DNA from: Kofleriaceae bacterium
GTDB lineage: Bacteria; Myxococcota_A; Polyangia; Haliangiales; Haliangiaceae
Assembly (NCBI GenBank): GCA_965215005.1
Contig: CBDCCZ010000059.1
Span: 1 to 16,967, forward strand
DNA: 16,967 nt
Direction: 5' to 3'
Positions 1 through 10,204 of this stretch are shown here, one piece after another (positions within the stretch are counted from its first letter, which is position 1; every line of letters begins with the position of its first letter). The notes beneath the pieces are model-generated. The model searched no databases. It saw nothing but the letters and a program-made list of their open reading frames with translations, and was not told the DNA's origin. Made by a program: the position numbers and the translations under genes.

Positions 1-1536
1 AGCGCTCACGTGGGCGCGTGCCTGGCCGCGAAGATCGCTCCGCTGCGCATGCAGCTGGGCGACCTCTTCGAGGCATGCGAGCGCGGCGGTCGGAGTGCCG
101 GCCGCGAGGTAACTCTTCGCCAACGCTTCGCGCGCGCCGAGATGATTGCGGTCGAGCTGGCAAGCGCGGACGAGCTCGCGGCGAGCTGCGACGGCGTCAC
201 CGAGCTGCTCACCGAGGAGCTCGGCGAGTCGCACGTGGTCGCGCGCCTGCCGCGCCGGGTCGCGGTTGGCACCGAGGCGAGCGCGTATGAGCGCGACCAG
301 GTCGTTCCAGCGGGCCTCTGCGGCGTAGCGCTCCGCGAGCGCCTCGGAAGCCTCTGGGTGGCCGGGACGAAGCGCGAGGATGCGCTCGTACAGCGCGGTC
401 GACGCGGCGGGCTCGAGCGAGCGCAACAGCCGCGCGCCCGCGAGCGCGGCGCACGCGGTGGCATCGTCGTCGCCGGCCTCGGCGCCGACTTTCACCAGCG
501 CGGTGAACCGACTCGCGGCCTCACGGAGCTCGCCGCGGGCCAAGGCGATGTTGGCCAAGGCCGCGTGGGCACTGGCGAAGTCGGGCCAGCGGCCGAGCAC
601 TCGCCGAGCGAGCTCCACACCATCGGCAAACAGCGCCGGTTGTGCCGAGCAGATCGCCAGCACCCGATCGAGAAGGTAGGGTCGTTCCCAACCGGCGGCA
701 GCCATATCGCTGCGATACGCGCGCAGCGCGCCCTCGCGATCGCCGGCGCACAGCAGGGCGTCGACGTCGCGAAGCTGATCGTGGGCCTGCAGCAGCGCGG
801 CAGTGCGCTGCGATACCTGCGGCGCGGACTCGCCATCGGTGCCATAGCGGAGCGCGACACCGGTGCGATCGACGCGCAGCATCGTCAACGCGACATCCGT
901 GAGCGCAGGCAGCCGCCAACCTGCGGTCGGAAAGAGCATCCACAGTACTGCGTGGGCAACGTCGAGCTCGAGCTCGCCGAGGCCGGTGACCCGGGGCCGC
1001 GCGCGGTTGCCGCTGATGCCGGCGGCGAGGGTGAGAAGGAGTCGATGGGCGATGGCCGGCGCTGGCGTTGGCAGATGCCCATAGACTCGCGCTTGACTGA
1101 CCACCGTGCGGATGTTCAAGCCAATGGCGCGCAGGTGAACGCGAAACGATAGATCGCCGACGTGGTCGCCCTCGCGCACTCGCGCGGTGACCGACAGGAG
1201 CTCGCCGTAGCAACTCACCCGCACCTGGTCGAGACCGTGCTCGGCCAAGCAGGTGGCATTGGCGGCGATGAAGCGATCGATCCCGGCGCAGGGCAGGGCT
1301 ACGGCAAGGGTTCGCAGGAGGTTGCGCCGCTGTTGGAATTGCTCCGTTCCCAGCGCGAGATCCACGGGCAGCGGGATTTTTGGAACACGCAGCTCGAGCT
1401 GCTCTAGCTCCACGTAGCGGGTGGACGCGTCGGGCAGGGCGCGGCCCGATAGAAGCAGGCCGGCGCCTCCCTGCGCGAGGTGAAATGTGAAGCCAAGGCG
1501 CCCCACCGACGCGTTGCCGTCTTCGACCGAAGCCAT
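1..1536 (-). CDS. Large TPR-like helical repeat protein with a non-repeat N-terminal domain; 3'-partial (runs off the left edge, at least 512 codons)
   Basis: Manual reading shows this minus frame has no stop from 1683 down to 1. Candidate ATG at 1536 (alternative 1557). Translation: MASVEDGNASVGRLGFTFHLAQGGAGLLLSGRALPDASTRYVELEQLELRVPKIPLPVDLALGTEQFQQRR...VLWMLFPTAGWRLP..., then TPR-like helices (ALYERILALRPGHPEASEALAERYAAEARWNDLVALIRARL; ELVRACQLDRNHLGAREALAKSYLAAG). The + strand ORFs 10..1152 and 1162..1407 are its in-register antisense shadows. Confidence 0.85.
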   Translation of the reverse strand, partial: MASVEDGNASVGRLGFTFHLAQGGAGLLLSGRALPDASTRYVELEQLELRVPKIPLPVDLALGTEQFQQRRNLLRTLAVALPCAGIDRFIAANATCLAEHGLDQVRVSCYGELLSVTARVREGDHVGDLSFRVHLRAIGLNIRTVVSQARVYGHLPTPAPAIAHRLLLTLAAGISGNRARPRVTGLGELELDVAHAVLWMLFPTAGWRLPALTDVALTMLRVDRTGVALRYGTDGESAPQVSQRTAALLQAHDQLRDVDALLCAGDREGALRAYRSDMAAAGWERPYLLDRVLAICSAQPALFADGVELARRVLGRWPDFASAHAALANIALARGELREAASRFTALVKVGAEAGDDDATACAALAGARLLRSLEPAASTALYERILALRPGHPEASEALAERYAAEARWNDLVALIRARLGANRDPARQARDHVRLAELLGEQLGDAVAARRELVRACQLDRNHLGAREALAKSYLAAGTPTAALACLEEVAQLHAQRSDLRGQARAHVSA

Positions 1537-1703
1537 CGACCGTCCGGACGGTACCATTGCCGCGTCCCAGCGCGCGGCTGCAGGCCTCTGGTCCGCTAGC
1601 CGCGGCGAGCGCACCGCGGGATTTCGGGCTTCGTCCACCACGCCATCACCCCATCGTCCCGCGTGCGCCGGACGCCGTGTCAGCTACCTCGATAGCAGAA
1701 CCT

Positions 1704-3575
1704 CTAGCGCGCTGGCAGCAGCGCCAGCTGCGCAAACTGCGCAACGTTCTGGCACGGGGTGTAGTTGACCGCCACTGGTTGTTCCGCAGAGCGATCCTCG
1801 AGCAGGCGCTGGTCAAAGCTGATCTCTCCCGCCTCGGCCATCGAGCGGCAGTGGCTTTCGAGCCAGTCGCGCAGCAGCACCAGCTTGCGCTGCTCGGCGA
1901 AGCTTTGCACCAAGGCGTCCTGATCGGTTTCGAACGCCTGCAGGTCCGGATGCTCGACCGCGGTTTTTTGCACGATGACGAAGTTGCCATCGACCTCCGC
2001 GACCTCCTCGGCGACCGCGCCCACCTTGAGCGGACCAAAGATGGTGTCGAGCAGCGCTGGCGCTTTGCCAAGCCCGGGAATGCTCTCGCGGTTGTTGGGG
2101 AACGGACCCGCCGTCTTGACCCGATGTTCGATGCCCTCGACCTTTGGAATCATCTCACCGGCGCTTGCCTCGCTGGCCACCGCCTGCTGCGTGAACAACG
2201 CCGGGACGGCAGCCTGCGTGCCGTTCCACTCCGCTGGAATGTTGGCGCTCTCGATGATGAGGCTGCCCGATTGCTCCCCCGGCGCGGCATTCTGCAGCTG
2301 ATCGATCAGCTGCTGCAGCTCCTCTGGGCTCATCTGTTGCGGCGGTTTGCCTAGCGAGGGCGATTGGCCCTCGGCGCGTGGGTACAGCTCGGCGAGGTTC
2401 TTGTTTTGCGAACGCGCCAGCGCCAGCGCTTCCTCGGCGTCGCGTCGCGCCGCCTGCCGAGCGTAGTAGTCTCGCGCCATACTCGCTGCGAGATCGCGTT
2501 TGACTTGTTCGAAGGACAAATCGCCCTCGCGGGTTTCCACCAGCTGAAGCAGATAGAAGCCGCGCGGCGTGTCGATGATCTCGGACACCTCTGCCGGCTC
2601 GAGCTTGCCGAGCGCTTCACCAAGCGCGGCCTCGCCAAGCCCGGGGCGCTCGAGGTTGCGCCAGCCATCGATCAGGCCTCCGTCGGTCATGCCTAGGGAC
2701 TCTGCGACGGCCGCGAAGTCTTCACCGCCGCGGATTCGCACCAGTGCCGCCTCCGCTTTGACTTTGGCCGGGTCTACCGCGGCGTTGGCTGCGGCCGGAT
2801 CCGCCGGCGCCTCGCGCGCTACGAAGATCTGCCGGATCTTCGCTTCCGGTTTCCGATCCTTGTACGTTGCTGCCTCGGCGTCGTAAGCGGCTTTGATCTC
2901 ATCAGCGTGTTGCGCGAGATAGGCCGCGACTTGCTCGGGGCTGAGAGTGAGCTTGGTGCGATACTCCGCGGGACGAAACTCGACATAGTCGATGGTCGCG
3001 GTCTCGTTGGCATACTTATAGCGCGTTAGCGCCTCCTCCGGCGATGCCTGCACCGACTCCAGCAGCAGCTCGCGCGTGGTCGCTGCCATCAGCTCGCGCT
3101 TCTGCTCGTCGATGAACCGATCGACAGAAGGCAGCCCGATGCTCTGCACCACGCGCTCGAGCAGGTCATAGTCGAACACGCCGTCGCGATAGTAGATACC
3201 GCTGCCATCGAGCGGCTGGCCGAGGAGGTAGATCTCGCCATCGCGGATGCGCTCGTTGATGAGATCCGTTGTGACCTCAAATCCGGCTTCTTCGGCGGCC
3301 TGCGCGAGCAGCTCGCGGACGATCAAGCCGTCGAGGACCACCGCCGACTTCTCGGCGTTATTCCGCGTGCGCATCCCGAGGGAGTTCATCCCGTAGCGCC
3401 AGGAGGTTTCATCGACCTCGGCATCGTCGACACGAAGCGCGTAGGTATCGGACGCACCGCAACCCACTTGCTGGTTGGCTTGTGGCCCGAAGTTGATGAT
3501 GAAAACGGCGATGATGATGCCGAATAACAACCAAATGAGGAAGGACCGAGAGCTCTGTCGGAGTTGCTCGAGCAT
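1704..3575 (-). CDS. ppiD: PpiD-like / SurA N-terminal domain membrane-anchored periplasmic chaperone with a parvulin-like domain
   Basis: 623 aa. Typical PpiD N-terminus MLEQLRQSSRSFLIWLLFGIIIAVFIINFGP (TM anchor), SurA_N-like LIVRELLAQAAEEAGFEVT, parvulin-like GEDFAAVA...EVSEIIDTPRGFYLLQL. Divergent from mreB. Confidence 0.8.
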   Translation of the reverse strand: MLEQLRQSSRSFLIWLLFGIIIAVFIINFGPQANQQVGCGASDTYALRVDDAEVDETSWRYGMNSLGMRTRNNAEKSAVVLDGLIVRELLAQAAEEAGFEVTTDLINERIRDGEIYLLGQPLDGSGIYYRDGVFDYDLLERVVQSIGLPSVDRFIDEQKRELMAATTRELLLESVQASPEEALTRYKYANETATIDYVEFRPAEYRTKLTLSPEQVAAYLAQHADEIKAAYDAEAATYKDRKPEAKIRQIFVAREAPADPAAANAAVDPAKVKAEAALVRIRGGEDFAAVAESLGMTDGGLIDGWRNLERPGLGEAALGEALGKLEPAEVSEIIDTPRGFYLLQLVETREGDLSFEQVKRDLAASMARDYYARQAARRDAEEALALARSQNKNLAELYPRAEGQSPSLGKPPQQMSPEELQQLIDQLQNAAPGEQSGSLIIESANIPAEWNGTQAAVPALFTQQAVASEASAGEMIPKVEGIEHRVKTAGPFPNNRESIPGLGKAPALLDTIFGPLKVGAVAEEVAEVDGNFVIVQKTAVEHPDLQAFETDQDALVQSFAEQRKLVLLRDWLESHCRSMAEAGEISFDQRLLEDRSAEQPVAVNYTPCQNVAQFAQLALLPAR

Positions 3576-3969
3576 CGCCCGTCAACCTTTCGCGTAGCGT
3601 TCCAAAGGGCGCGCAGTCTAATTGAAGTAGCGTGCGACCGCTACCGAACAGCGCCCATCCGTTTACCGTTAGTTGGGCGTCGGTGCCAGTGCCATGGGCC
3701 GGGATCGAAGCGAGGCGAGCCACAGTGGGACGATTCTTAGGACATCAGACCACGCGTCACCCATCCCGCGGCATCGTAGCGGTGGGGTGATTCGGGGCGG
3801 GCAGCGCGCGCACCTAACATTGTATGGAAGAGCCATTGCTTGCAAAACCGGCAAGCGACGTGCTAAGCCGAGCCTTGCTGGGACGCACTTGACTCGGCAC
3901 AAATACACGGTTCTCGAGGCGCTCTACGCGGACACCTGGCTGTCGCCATGAGGTCGGAACGGGGCTTGA

Positions 3970-5007
<1,038 letters not shown>

Positions 5008-5120
5008 GTGGCCGGGGCGATGCGCAGTTTCATCGGCGGCCGGGGGGCGGAACATGCCCGTCCTCGGTGCTGGCGTTGTGCCCGTGGCCGCATTGCCTAT
5101 CGTCGTAGGAACAGTCTCGA

Positions 5121-5126
5121 AGGAGG
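5121..5126 (+). promoter_or_regulatory. Shine-Dalgarno site of mreC
   Basis: AGGAGG lies 6 nt upstream of GTG 5133. Confidence 0.75.
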
Positions 5127-5132
5127 GGCCCG

Positions 5133-6026
5133 GTGATCCTGCGACGGCGGGTCTTAGACTACGCGCTCGCGGTGCTCCTGTTGCTGGTTCCGGTGGCGAT
5201 CTTGCACTCGAGCCTCAAGGAGCCCGACAGCCACAATGGCTTTGACGAGGCAGTGTTGCGGGTGTCCTCGCCGCTGCAGGCGGCCGTCTCGTGGATCATC
5301 GGCGCCGTCGGCGATTTGTGGACCGGCTATGTATGGCTGGTCGACGTCGAGGACGAGAACGACGAGCTGCGCGCCGACAACCGTCGATTGCGCTCGCAGC
5401 TGGCCGCCGCGAGTCGGCTCGCGCGGGATGGCAAGGCGCTCGAAGACCTGGCGGGTCTACGCACCGCCACCGCCGCTGACACCATGGGCGCGCGCGTGGT
5501 GTCCTCGACCATCAACCCGTATTTCCGCGTGCTGCGCATCGGCCTCGACCGCGGCCAAGGCGAGGTCGAACCGGGAATGCCGGTGATCAGCACCCAGGGG
5601 TTGGTCGGGCGCATCAATAAGGTCTATGGCGACTACGCCGACGTGTTGCTGATTTCCGATCCCGGCTCTGCGGTCGACGTGACGATCGCTCGCACCGGCG
5701 GCCGCGGAGTGCTGGTTGGGCTGGGCCAGAGCAACACCTACGCCTGCAAGATCGACTGGCTCGACCGCGACGTTCCGGTGAGGGTGGGCGATCGAGTTGT
5801 CACCAGTGGCCTCGGCAGCGCCTTCCCCGCCGGCATCGCGGTCGGCCACATTCGCTCCATCGCGACCAAGGACTACGGCCTCTATCAAGAGGTCGAGGTG
5901 ACACCGCTGGCGGACGTCGCCGCTCTCGATTACGTGATGGTCTTGCTCGCGCCCACGCCGCCGCCGGATCCCAATGGCGGCGAAACCGAGGTATCGGCTC
6001 CCGCTGAGGGCGTGGTGCCATTCTGA
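5133..6026 (+). CDS. mreC: Rod shape-determining protein MreC
   Basis: 297 aa. N-terminal TM, coiled coil (EDENDELRADNRRLRSQL), LDRGQGEVEPGMPVISTQGLVGRI and GDRVVTSGLGSAFPAGIAVG motifs. Follows mreB. Confidence 0.95.
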   Translation: MILRRRVLDYALAVLLLLVPVAILHSSLKEPDSHNGFDEAVLRVSSPLQAAVSWIIGAVGDLWTGYVWLVDVEDENDELRADNRRLRSQLAAASRLARDGKALEDLAGLRTATAADTMGARVVSSTINPYFRVLRIGLDRGQGEVEPGMPVISTQGLVGRINKVYGDYADVLLISDPGSAVDVTIARTGGRGVLVGLGQSNTYACKIDWLDRDVPVRVGDRVVTSGLGSAFPAGIAVGHIRSIATKDYGLYQEVEVTPLADVAALDYVMVLLAPTPPPDPNGGETEVSAPAEGVVPF

Positions 6027-6562
6027 TGCGAGTCGTGGCGCACGTGTTCCTCGGCTACGGCTTGATGCTGGTGCTCGGAGCGCTGTGGCCCTACGTGCCG
6101 CTGCCGCCGCGTCTGGCGCCCGATGTGCTCGCTCTCGTCGCCATGTACCTCGGGTTGACCGCTCGGCATCGAGTGGCCGGGCCGACGCTGGGGGCGGTGA
6201 TTCTCGGCTATCTGGGCGATCTTCTCGTGGGCTCGCCGCGCGGCGTGCTGGCCTTGACCTCGGGGCTCCTATGCATTCTCGGCCATCTCGTGCACCGCAG
6301 TCTGCTGGTCCGCGGACCCGTCGCCATCGTCGCGATCTCGCTCTTCACCGGCGCGGTCTCGGGGGTGCTGGTGCTCGCGGTGCGCGCCTACCTCGGCGTC
6401 ACCAGCGCTGGCTCCGGCGGCCAACTCGGAGCCATTGGCGGCGCCGCGCTGGCCACCGCCATCGCCGGCCCGCTGATTTTTAAACTCTGCCGGCTCGTGG
6501 ATGCGCGGCTGGCGCGCACCTGGCGCGAGCGCGATCGCGTGCTGGAAGGAATCACGAGCTGA
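6026..6562 (+). CDS. mreD: Rod shape-determining membrane protein MreD
   Basis: 178 aa, multiple TM segments, with PDVLAL and LGYLGDLLVG motifs. TGATG overlaps with mreC and with mrdA. Confidence 0.85.
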   Translation: MRVVAHVFLGYGLMLVLGALWPYVPLPPRLAPDVLALVAMYLGLTARHRVAGPTLGAVILGYLGDLLVGSPRGVLALTSGLLCILGHLVHRSLLVRGPVAIVAISLFTGAVSGVLVLAVRAYLGVTSAGSGGQLGAIGGAALATAIAGPLIFKLCRLVDARLARTWRERDRVLEGITS

Positions 6563-8449
6563 TGTTCGTGCGCGACGCGCCCGGCGCCGGTCCGGTGTTG
6601 CCCCCGCTCAACAGCCGGTTGCGGTGGATCATCATCTTGGTGGTGGCGACCCTCACCGCGCTGGTCGGGCGTCTGTGGCAGCTGCAAGTGGTGCGCGGCG
6701 ATCGCTATTTCGCCCGCACTCTCTCCAACGTGGTGCACCAGCGCTACTTGCCGTCCATCCGCGGAAAGATCTTCGATCGCAACGGCGAGGCGCTCGCGCA
6801 AAATCGGCCTGCCTTCAACGTCTATGTCGATGCTCGCCACTTCGAGGATCGCTCCGAGGAGCGCCTGGTGCGGCTCTTGGGGCTATCGGACAGCGAGCTC
6901 GAGCTGGTGCGCGAACGGCTGGCGACCGCTCGCCGGCGGGGCGTGGTAGGCGAGGTGCTGGTGCTCGAAGATCAAGGACGCGATCGCGCCTCGCTCATCG
7001 CGCAAGCGCGTCACGAGCTGCCGGGTGTGGCGGTGCACGACGAGCCGTATCGCTTCTATCCCAGCGGCGACCTCGCCGCCCACGTGCTCGGCTACATGAA
7101 CCAAATGACGCCGAGCGAGTACGACGAGTATGCGGCCGCCGGCTACGAGCCGTCAGAGCAACTCGGGCGCTACGGGCTGGAAAAGGAGTGGGAGCCGTAT
7201 CTTCGCGGCACCAAGGGTATCGAGCGGTATGCGGTCAATGCGCGCGGCGTGCGGCTGAGCGACGCGGAGGCGGCGGCGCTCATCGATGGGGAACGCATCA
7301 CCGAGCCGGCGGCGGGAAGCAACGTCGTTCTCACCATCGATGCCAGGCTGCAGCGCATCGCGGAGAAGGCTGTGGAGCCGCACGCCGCCGCGGCAGCCGC
7401 GGTGGTGGATGTTCATACGGGGCGAATCTTGGCGCTGGTCTCCAAGCCCTCGTTCGATCCCAACGTCATGACCGGTCACCTCAGTCGCGCGGAATACTCG
7501 CTGCTGGTTTCCGATCCCCGCAAGCCGTTCATCGACAAGACGCTGCGTGTCCACTATCCGCCGGGCTCGACCTACAAGTTCGTCATCGCGTTAGCGGCTC
7601 TCGAAGACGGCGCCGTCGACGAGACCGATCAGCACTTTTGCCCCGGCTATTACGCCTACGGACGACAGCGCTTCCACTGCATGTCGCAGCACGGCAAGCT
7701 GAGCCTGCTCGATGCGATCAAACACTCGTGCAATGTCTACTTTTGGAAGCTGACCGAGGGGGTCGACCTCGATCGCATGGCCGAGGTCGCGCACGCCTTT
7801 GGTCTCGGGTTGCCCACCGGTCTCGGGCTCAATGGCGACGTCGCCGGCCGCATTCCGACCCGGGCTTGGTACGAGGAGCGTACGTCGTATAAGCCGGGGT
7901 ATGCGGTCAACGCGGCCACCGGCCAAGGCGACGTCGAGGTGACCGTGCTGCAGCTGGTCATGGCCTACGCCGCCATTGCCAACGGCGGAAACGCTCTATC
8001 TCCCGCAGGTGGTCGAGCGGCTCGAGACGGCGGCGGGTGAGGAAATCACGTCCTTTCAGCCGATCGGCAAGCCAGTTGGTGTGGCGGCCGGTAGCCTCGA
8101 GCTCATCCGGCGCGGCATGTGGAAGGTCGTCAACGAGCCCGGCGGTACAGTGTATTCGAGCGGACGCAGCTCCTTGGTGCAGTTCGCGGGCAAGACCGGC
8201 ACCGCGCAAGTTCGCGGCAAACGCAGCAAGGAAGAAGAGGCGCTGCAAGGGTGGCATCCTGAGCGCGATCACGCCTGGTTTGCGGGATTTGCGCCGGCGG
8301 AGAACCCGGAGATCGCGGTGGTGGTGCTGGTCGAGCACGGCGGCTCCGGCGGCCGCACCGCCAGCCCTGTCGCCCGCGACATCATCGAAGGCTACCTCCA
8401 CGACGTCAAAGGAGTGCCGCGGCCTCCCGAGCCGGGGACGGCGCCGTGA
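6562..8449 (+). pseudogene. mrdA: Penicillin-binding protein 2 (class B transpeptidase), frameshifted at 7989-7991; either a real pseudogene or an assembly error. Corrected length 628 aa
   Basis: Frame 1 (6562..~7989) carries RLWQLQVVRG, RGKIFDRNG, SxxK (PPGSTYK) and SxN (HSCNVYF). Frame 2 (~7991..8449) carries TLYLPQVV, KTG (GKTGTAQ), DHAWFAGFAP and VEHGGSGG. Removing one A from GGAAACG gives ...N-G-G-T-L-Y-L-P-Q. Confidence 0.93.
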
Positions 8450-9594
8450 GGACGTCGCTGCGCAGCGCGCTGCACCTGCCGAAAGCGCGGCCGGGGGTGA
8501 GTCGGTGGCGGCGGTTTCGCGCTCGCTTCGACTGGCCCCTGGCGCTGTGGGTCGCTCTGATCGCCGGCCTCGGGCTGCTCAACCTCTACAGTGCCACCCA
8601 CGGCACCCAGCACGCCGCCAAGTTCGATCAACAGATTCGCTGGATGGTGCTTGGCGTGGCCATCTTCGCGATCGTGACGTTCATCGACTATCGGACGCTG
8701 GTGCGCGCCGGCTGGCCGATCATGGGCTTCACCATCGCCGCCATCGTGGTGATCTATTTGCTCGGCGACAGCGCCGAAGCCAAGGGTGCTCATCGCTGGA
8801 TCAACATCGGTCCCGTGCGCATGCAGCCCTCGGAGATGGCCAAGATCGCCGTGATGCTGGCGCTTGCAAGGCTGCTGCAGGAAGGCGATCTGGCCTCGTA
8901 TGCGCCGCGCGAGCTGGCGTGGCGGTTGTTCGTGCTGTTCCTACCGGTGGTCTTGGTCGCCAAGCAGCCCGATCTGGGCAGCGCTTCGTTGGTGCTGCTG
9001 ATCATCTTGTCGATCGCGTGTTTGGCGCTGCAGCGCGTGTGGCCGGTGATTGCGGCTTCAGCGGCGGGGCTTGCTGCGATTCCGCTGCTTTGGGAGCGCA
9101 TGCACACGTATCAGAAACAACGAGTTCTTGCGTTTCTCGATCCCGCCGCCGATCCAACCGGCTCTGGCTGGCACACGCGGCAGTCTGTGTTTGCTGTGGG
9201 CTCTGGCCGCATTACCGGCAAGGGTTATATGGAGGGCACCCAGAACCAATTCGACTTCTTGCCCGAGCACTGGACGGACTTTCCGTTCTCGGTGTGGGCC
9301 GAGGAGTGGGGCTTCCTCGGCAGCGTCGCGCTGCTGGTGCTCTTTGGGGTGCTGATTTTCTGGATTCTCTACGTGGCTCTGAACGCGCGGGAGCGCGCGG
9401 GTGCCATCATTTGCATCGGAGTAGCGGCCATGGTGTTCTGGCACGTCACCGTCAACATCTCGATGGTGCTCGGATGGGCGCCGGTCGTGGGGGTCACGCT
9501 GCCATTCGTCTCCTACGGCGGCTCATCGCTGGTGACGTTCTTTGCAGCGCTCGGACTGGTGTCGAGCGTTTCTTTGCGGCGCAACGGCTACTGA
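8446..9594 (+). CDS. rodA: SEDS peptidoglycan glycosyltransferase RodA
   Basis: 382 aa polytopic membrane protein. Motifs KGAHRWINIG, QPSEMAK, QPDLGSA, LPEHWTDFPFSVWAEEWGF, GVTLPFVSYGGSS. GTGA overlap with the mrdA stop. Start could also be GTG 8497. Confidence 0.96.
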   Translation: MRTSLRSALHLPKARPGVSRWRRFRARFDWPLALWVALIAGLGLLNLYSATHGTQHAAKFDQQIRWMVLGVAIFAIVTFIDYRTLVRAGWPIMGFTIAAIVVIYLLGDSAEAKGAHRWINIGPVRMQPSEMAKIAVMLALARLLQEGDLASYAPRELAWRLFVLFLPVVLVAKQPDLGSASLVLLIILSIACLALQRVWPVIAASAAGLAAIPLLWERMHTYQKQRVLAFLDPAADPTGSGWHTRQSVFAVGSGRITGKGYMEGTQNQFDFLPEHWTDFPFSVWAEEWGFLGSVALLVLFGVLIFWILYVALNARERAGAIICIGVAAMVFWHVTVNISMVLGWAPVVGVTLPFVSYGGSSLVTFFAALGLVSSVSLRRNGY

Positions 9595-9611
9595 TTGGCG
9601 GGAACGCAGCG

Positions 9612-9648
9612 GAGGGCGCCGCTAAGCGCCCTCTCGTCGTAGTGACGA
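9612..9648. terminator. GC-rich hairpin(s) between convergent rodA and trxA; possible terminator
   Basis: Perfect 8-bp stem GAGGGCGC-(CGCTAA)-GCGCCCTC at 9612-9633, followed by TCGTC-(GTAGT)-GACGA at 9634-9648. No U-tract on either strand. Confidence 0.4.
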
Positions 9649-9665
9649 TGCCTGCGGCGCGCTGT

Positions 9666-9998
9666 CTACGCGACGTGCTTCTTGATCTCGTCTTCGAGCT
9701 TGGAGCGCGGCACCGCGCCGACGATCTGCCCAACGACCTCGCCGCCCTTGAAGACCAGCAGCGTGGGAATCGACCGCACGCCGTACTTCTGCGGCGTCAT
9801 CTGATGATGGTCGATGTCCATCTTGCCGACCTTGAGCTTGCCTTTGTAGTCGCTGGCCAAAGCTTCGACCGTGGGAGCTACTTGGCGGCAGGGACCACAC
9901 CATACCGCCCAGAAGTCGACCAGGGTCGGCACATCGGACTCGAGGACTTCACTCTGAAAATTCGTATCGGTGAGCTCTAGAACATCGGCATTTGCCAT
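9666..9998 (-). CDS. trxA: Thioredoxin
   Basis: 110 aa from ATG 9998 (MANADVLELTDTNF), with VDFWAVWCGPC active site and YGVRSIPTLLVFKGG. RBS AGGGAG at 10010-10005. The ORF-track start at 10064 is too far upstream. Confidence 0.96.
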   Translation of the reverse strand: MANADVLELTDTNFQSEVLESDVPTLVDFWAVWCGPCRQVAPTVEALASDYKGKLKVGKMDIDHHQMTPQKYGVRSIPTLLVFKGGEVVGQIVGAVPRSKLEDEIKKHVA

Positions 9999-10167
9999 AC
10001 ATATCTCCCTGGGTAGGTTCGAGGGTGAGAACGAGGTGTGATCGCTCGGTCCTTTATATAGCACCGGATCCGCCGGCGTCTGAGAGTGAGCGGGGTTCCC
10101 TCACGGCGGCCGAGAGTCTGCTTAGGACGCGGGCGGGGCCCGTCACGTGACATCGGCGCGGGGCAGT

Positions 10168-10197
10168 TTGCTCCGCCGCCCGCCGACGGAATATCAT
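10168..10197 (+). promoter_or_regulatory. Candidate sigma70-type promoter for the hypothetical-ccsA-hemA-hemC operon
   Basis: TTGCTC (10168-10173), 18-nt spacer, TATCAT (10192-10197). The predicted start site falls at about 10204-10205, on ATG 10205. Confidence 0.45.
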
Positions 10198-10204
10198 GCC
10201 CACA

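Noticed and set aside
10..1407. Plus-strand ORFs 10..1152 (380 aa) and 1162..1407
   Set aside because: They are in-register antisense shadows of the minus-strand TPR gene and carry no recognisable motifs.
3669..3951. Small ORFs in the ppiD-mreB intergenic region
   Set aside because: They have atypical composition, weak starts without an RBS and no motifs. I cannot support them as genes.
7976..8040. Programmed ribosomal frameshift or a genuine two-gene split of PBP2
   Set aside because: The shift needed is +1, C-GGA-AAC is not a canonical slippery heptamer, and TTG 7976 has no RBS. A single-base indel explains the pattern.
8037..9980. 647-aa plus-strand ORF overlapping mrdA, rodA and trxA
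   Set aside because: It is an off-frame, Arg/Ala-rich product of high GC content that overlaps three well-supported genes.
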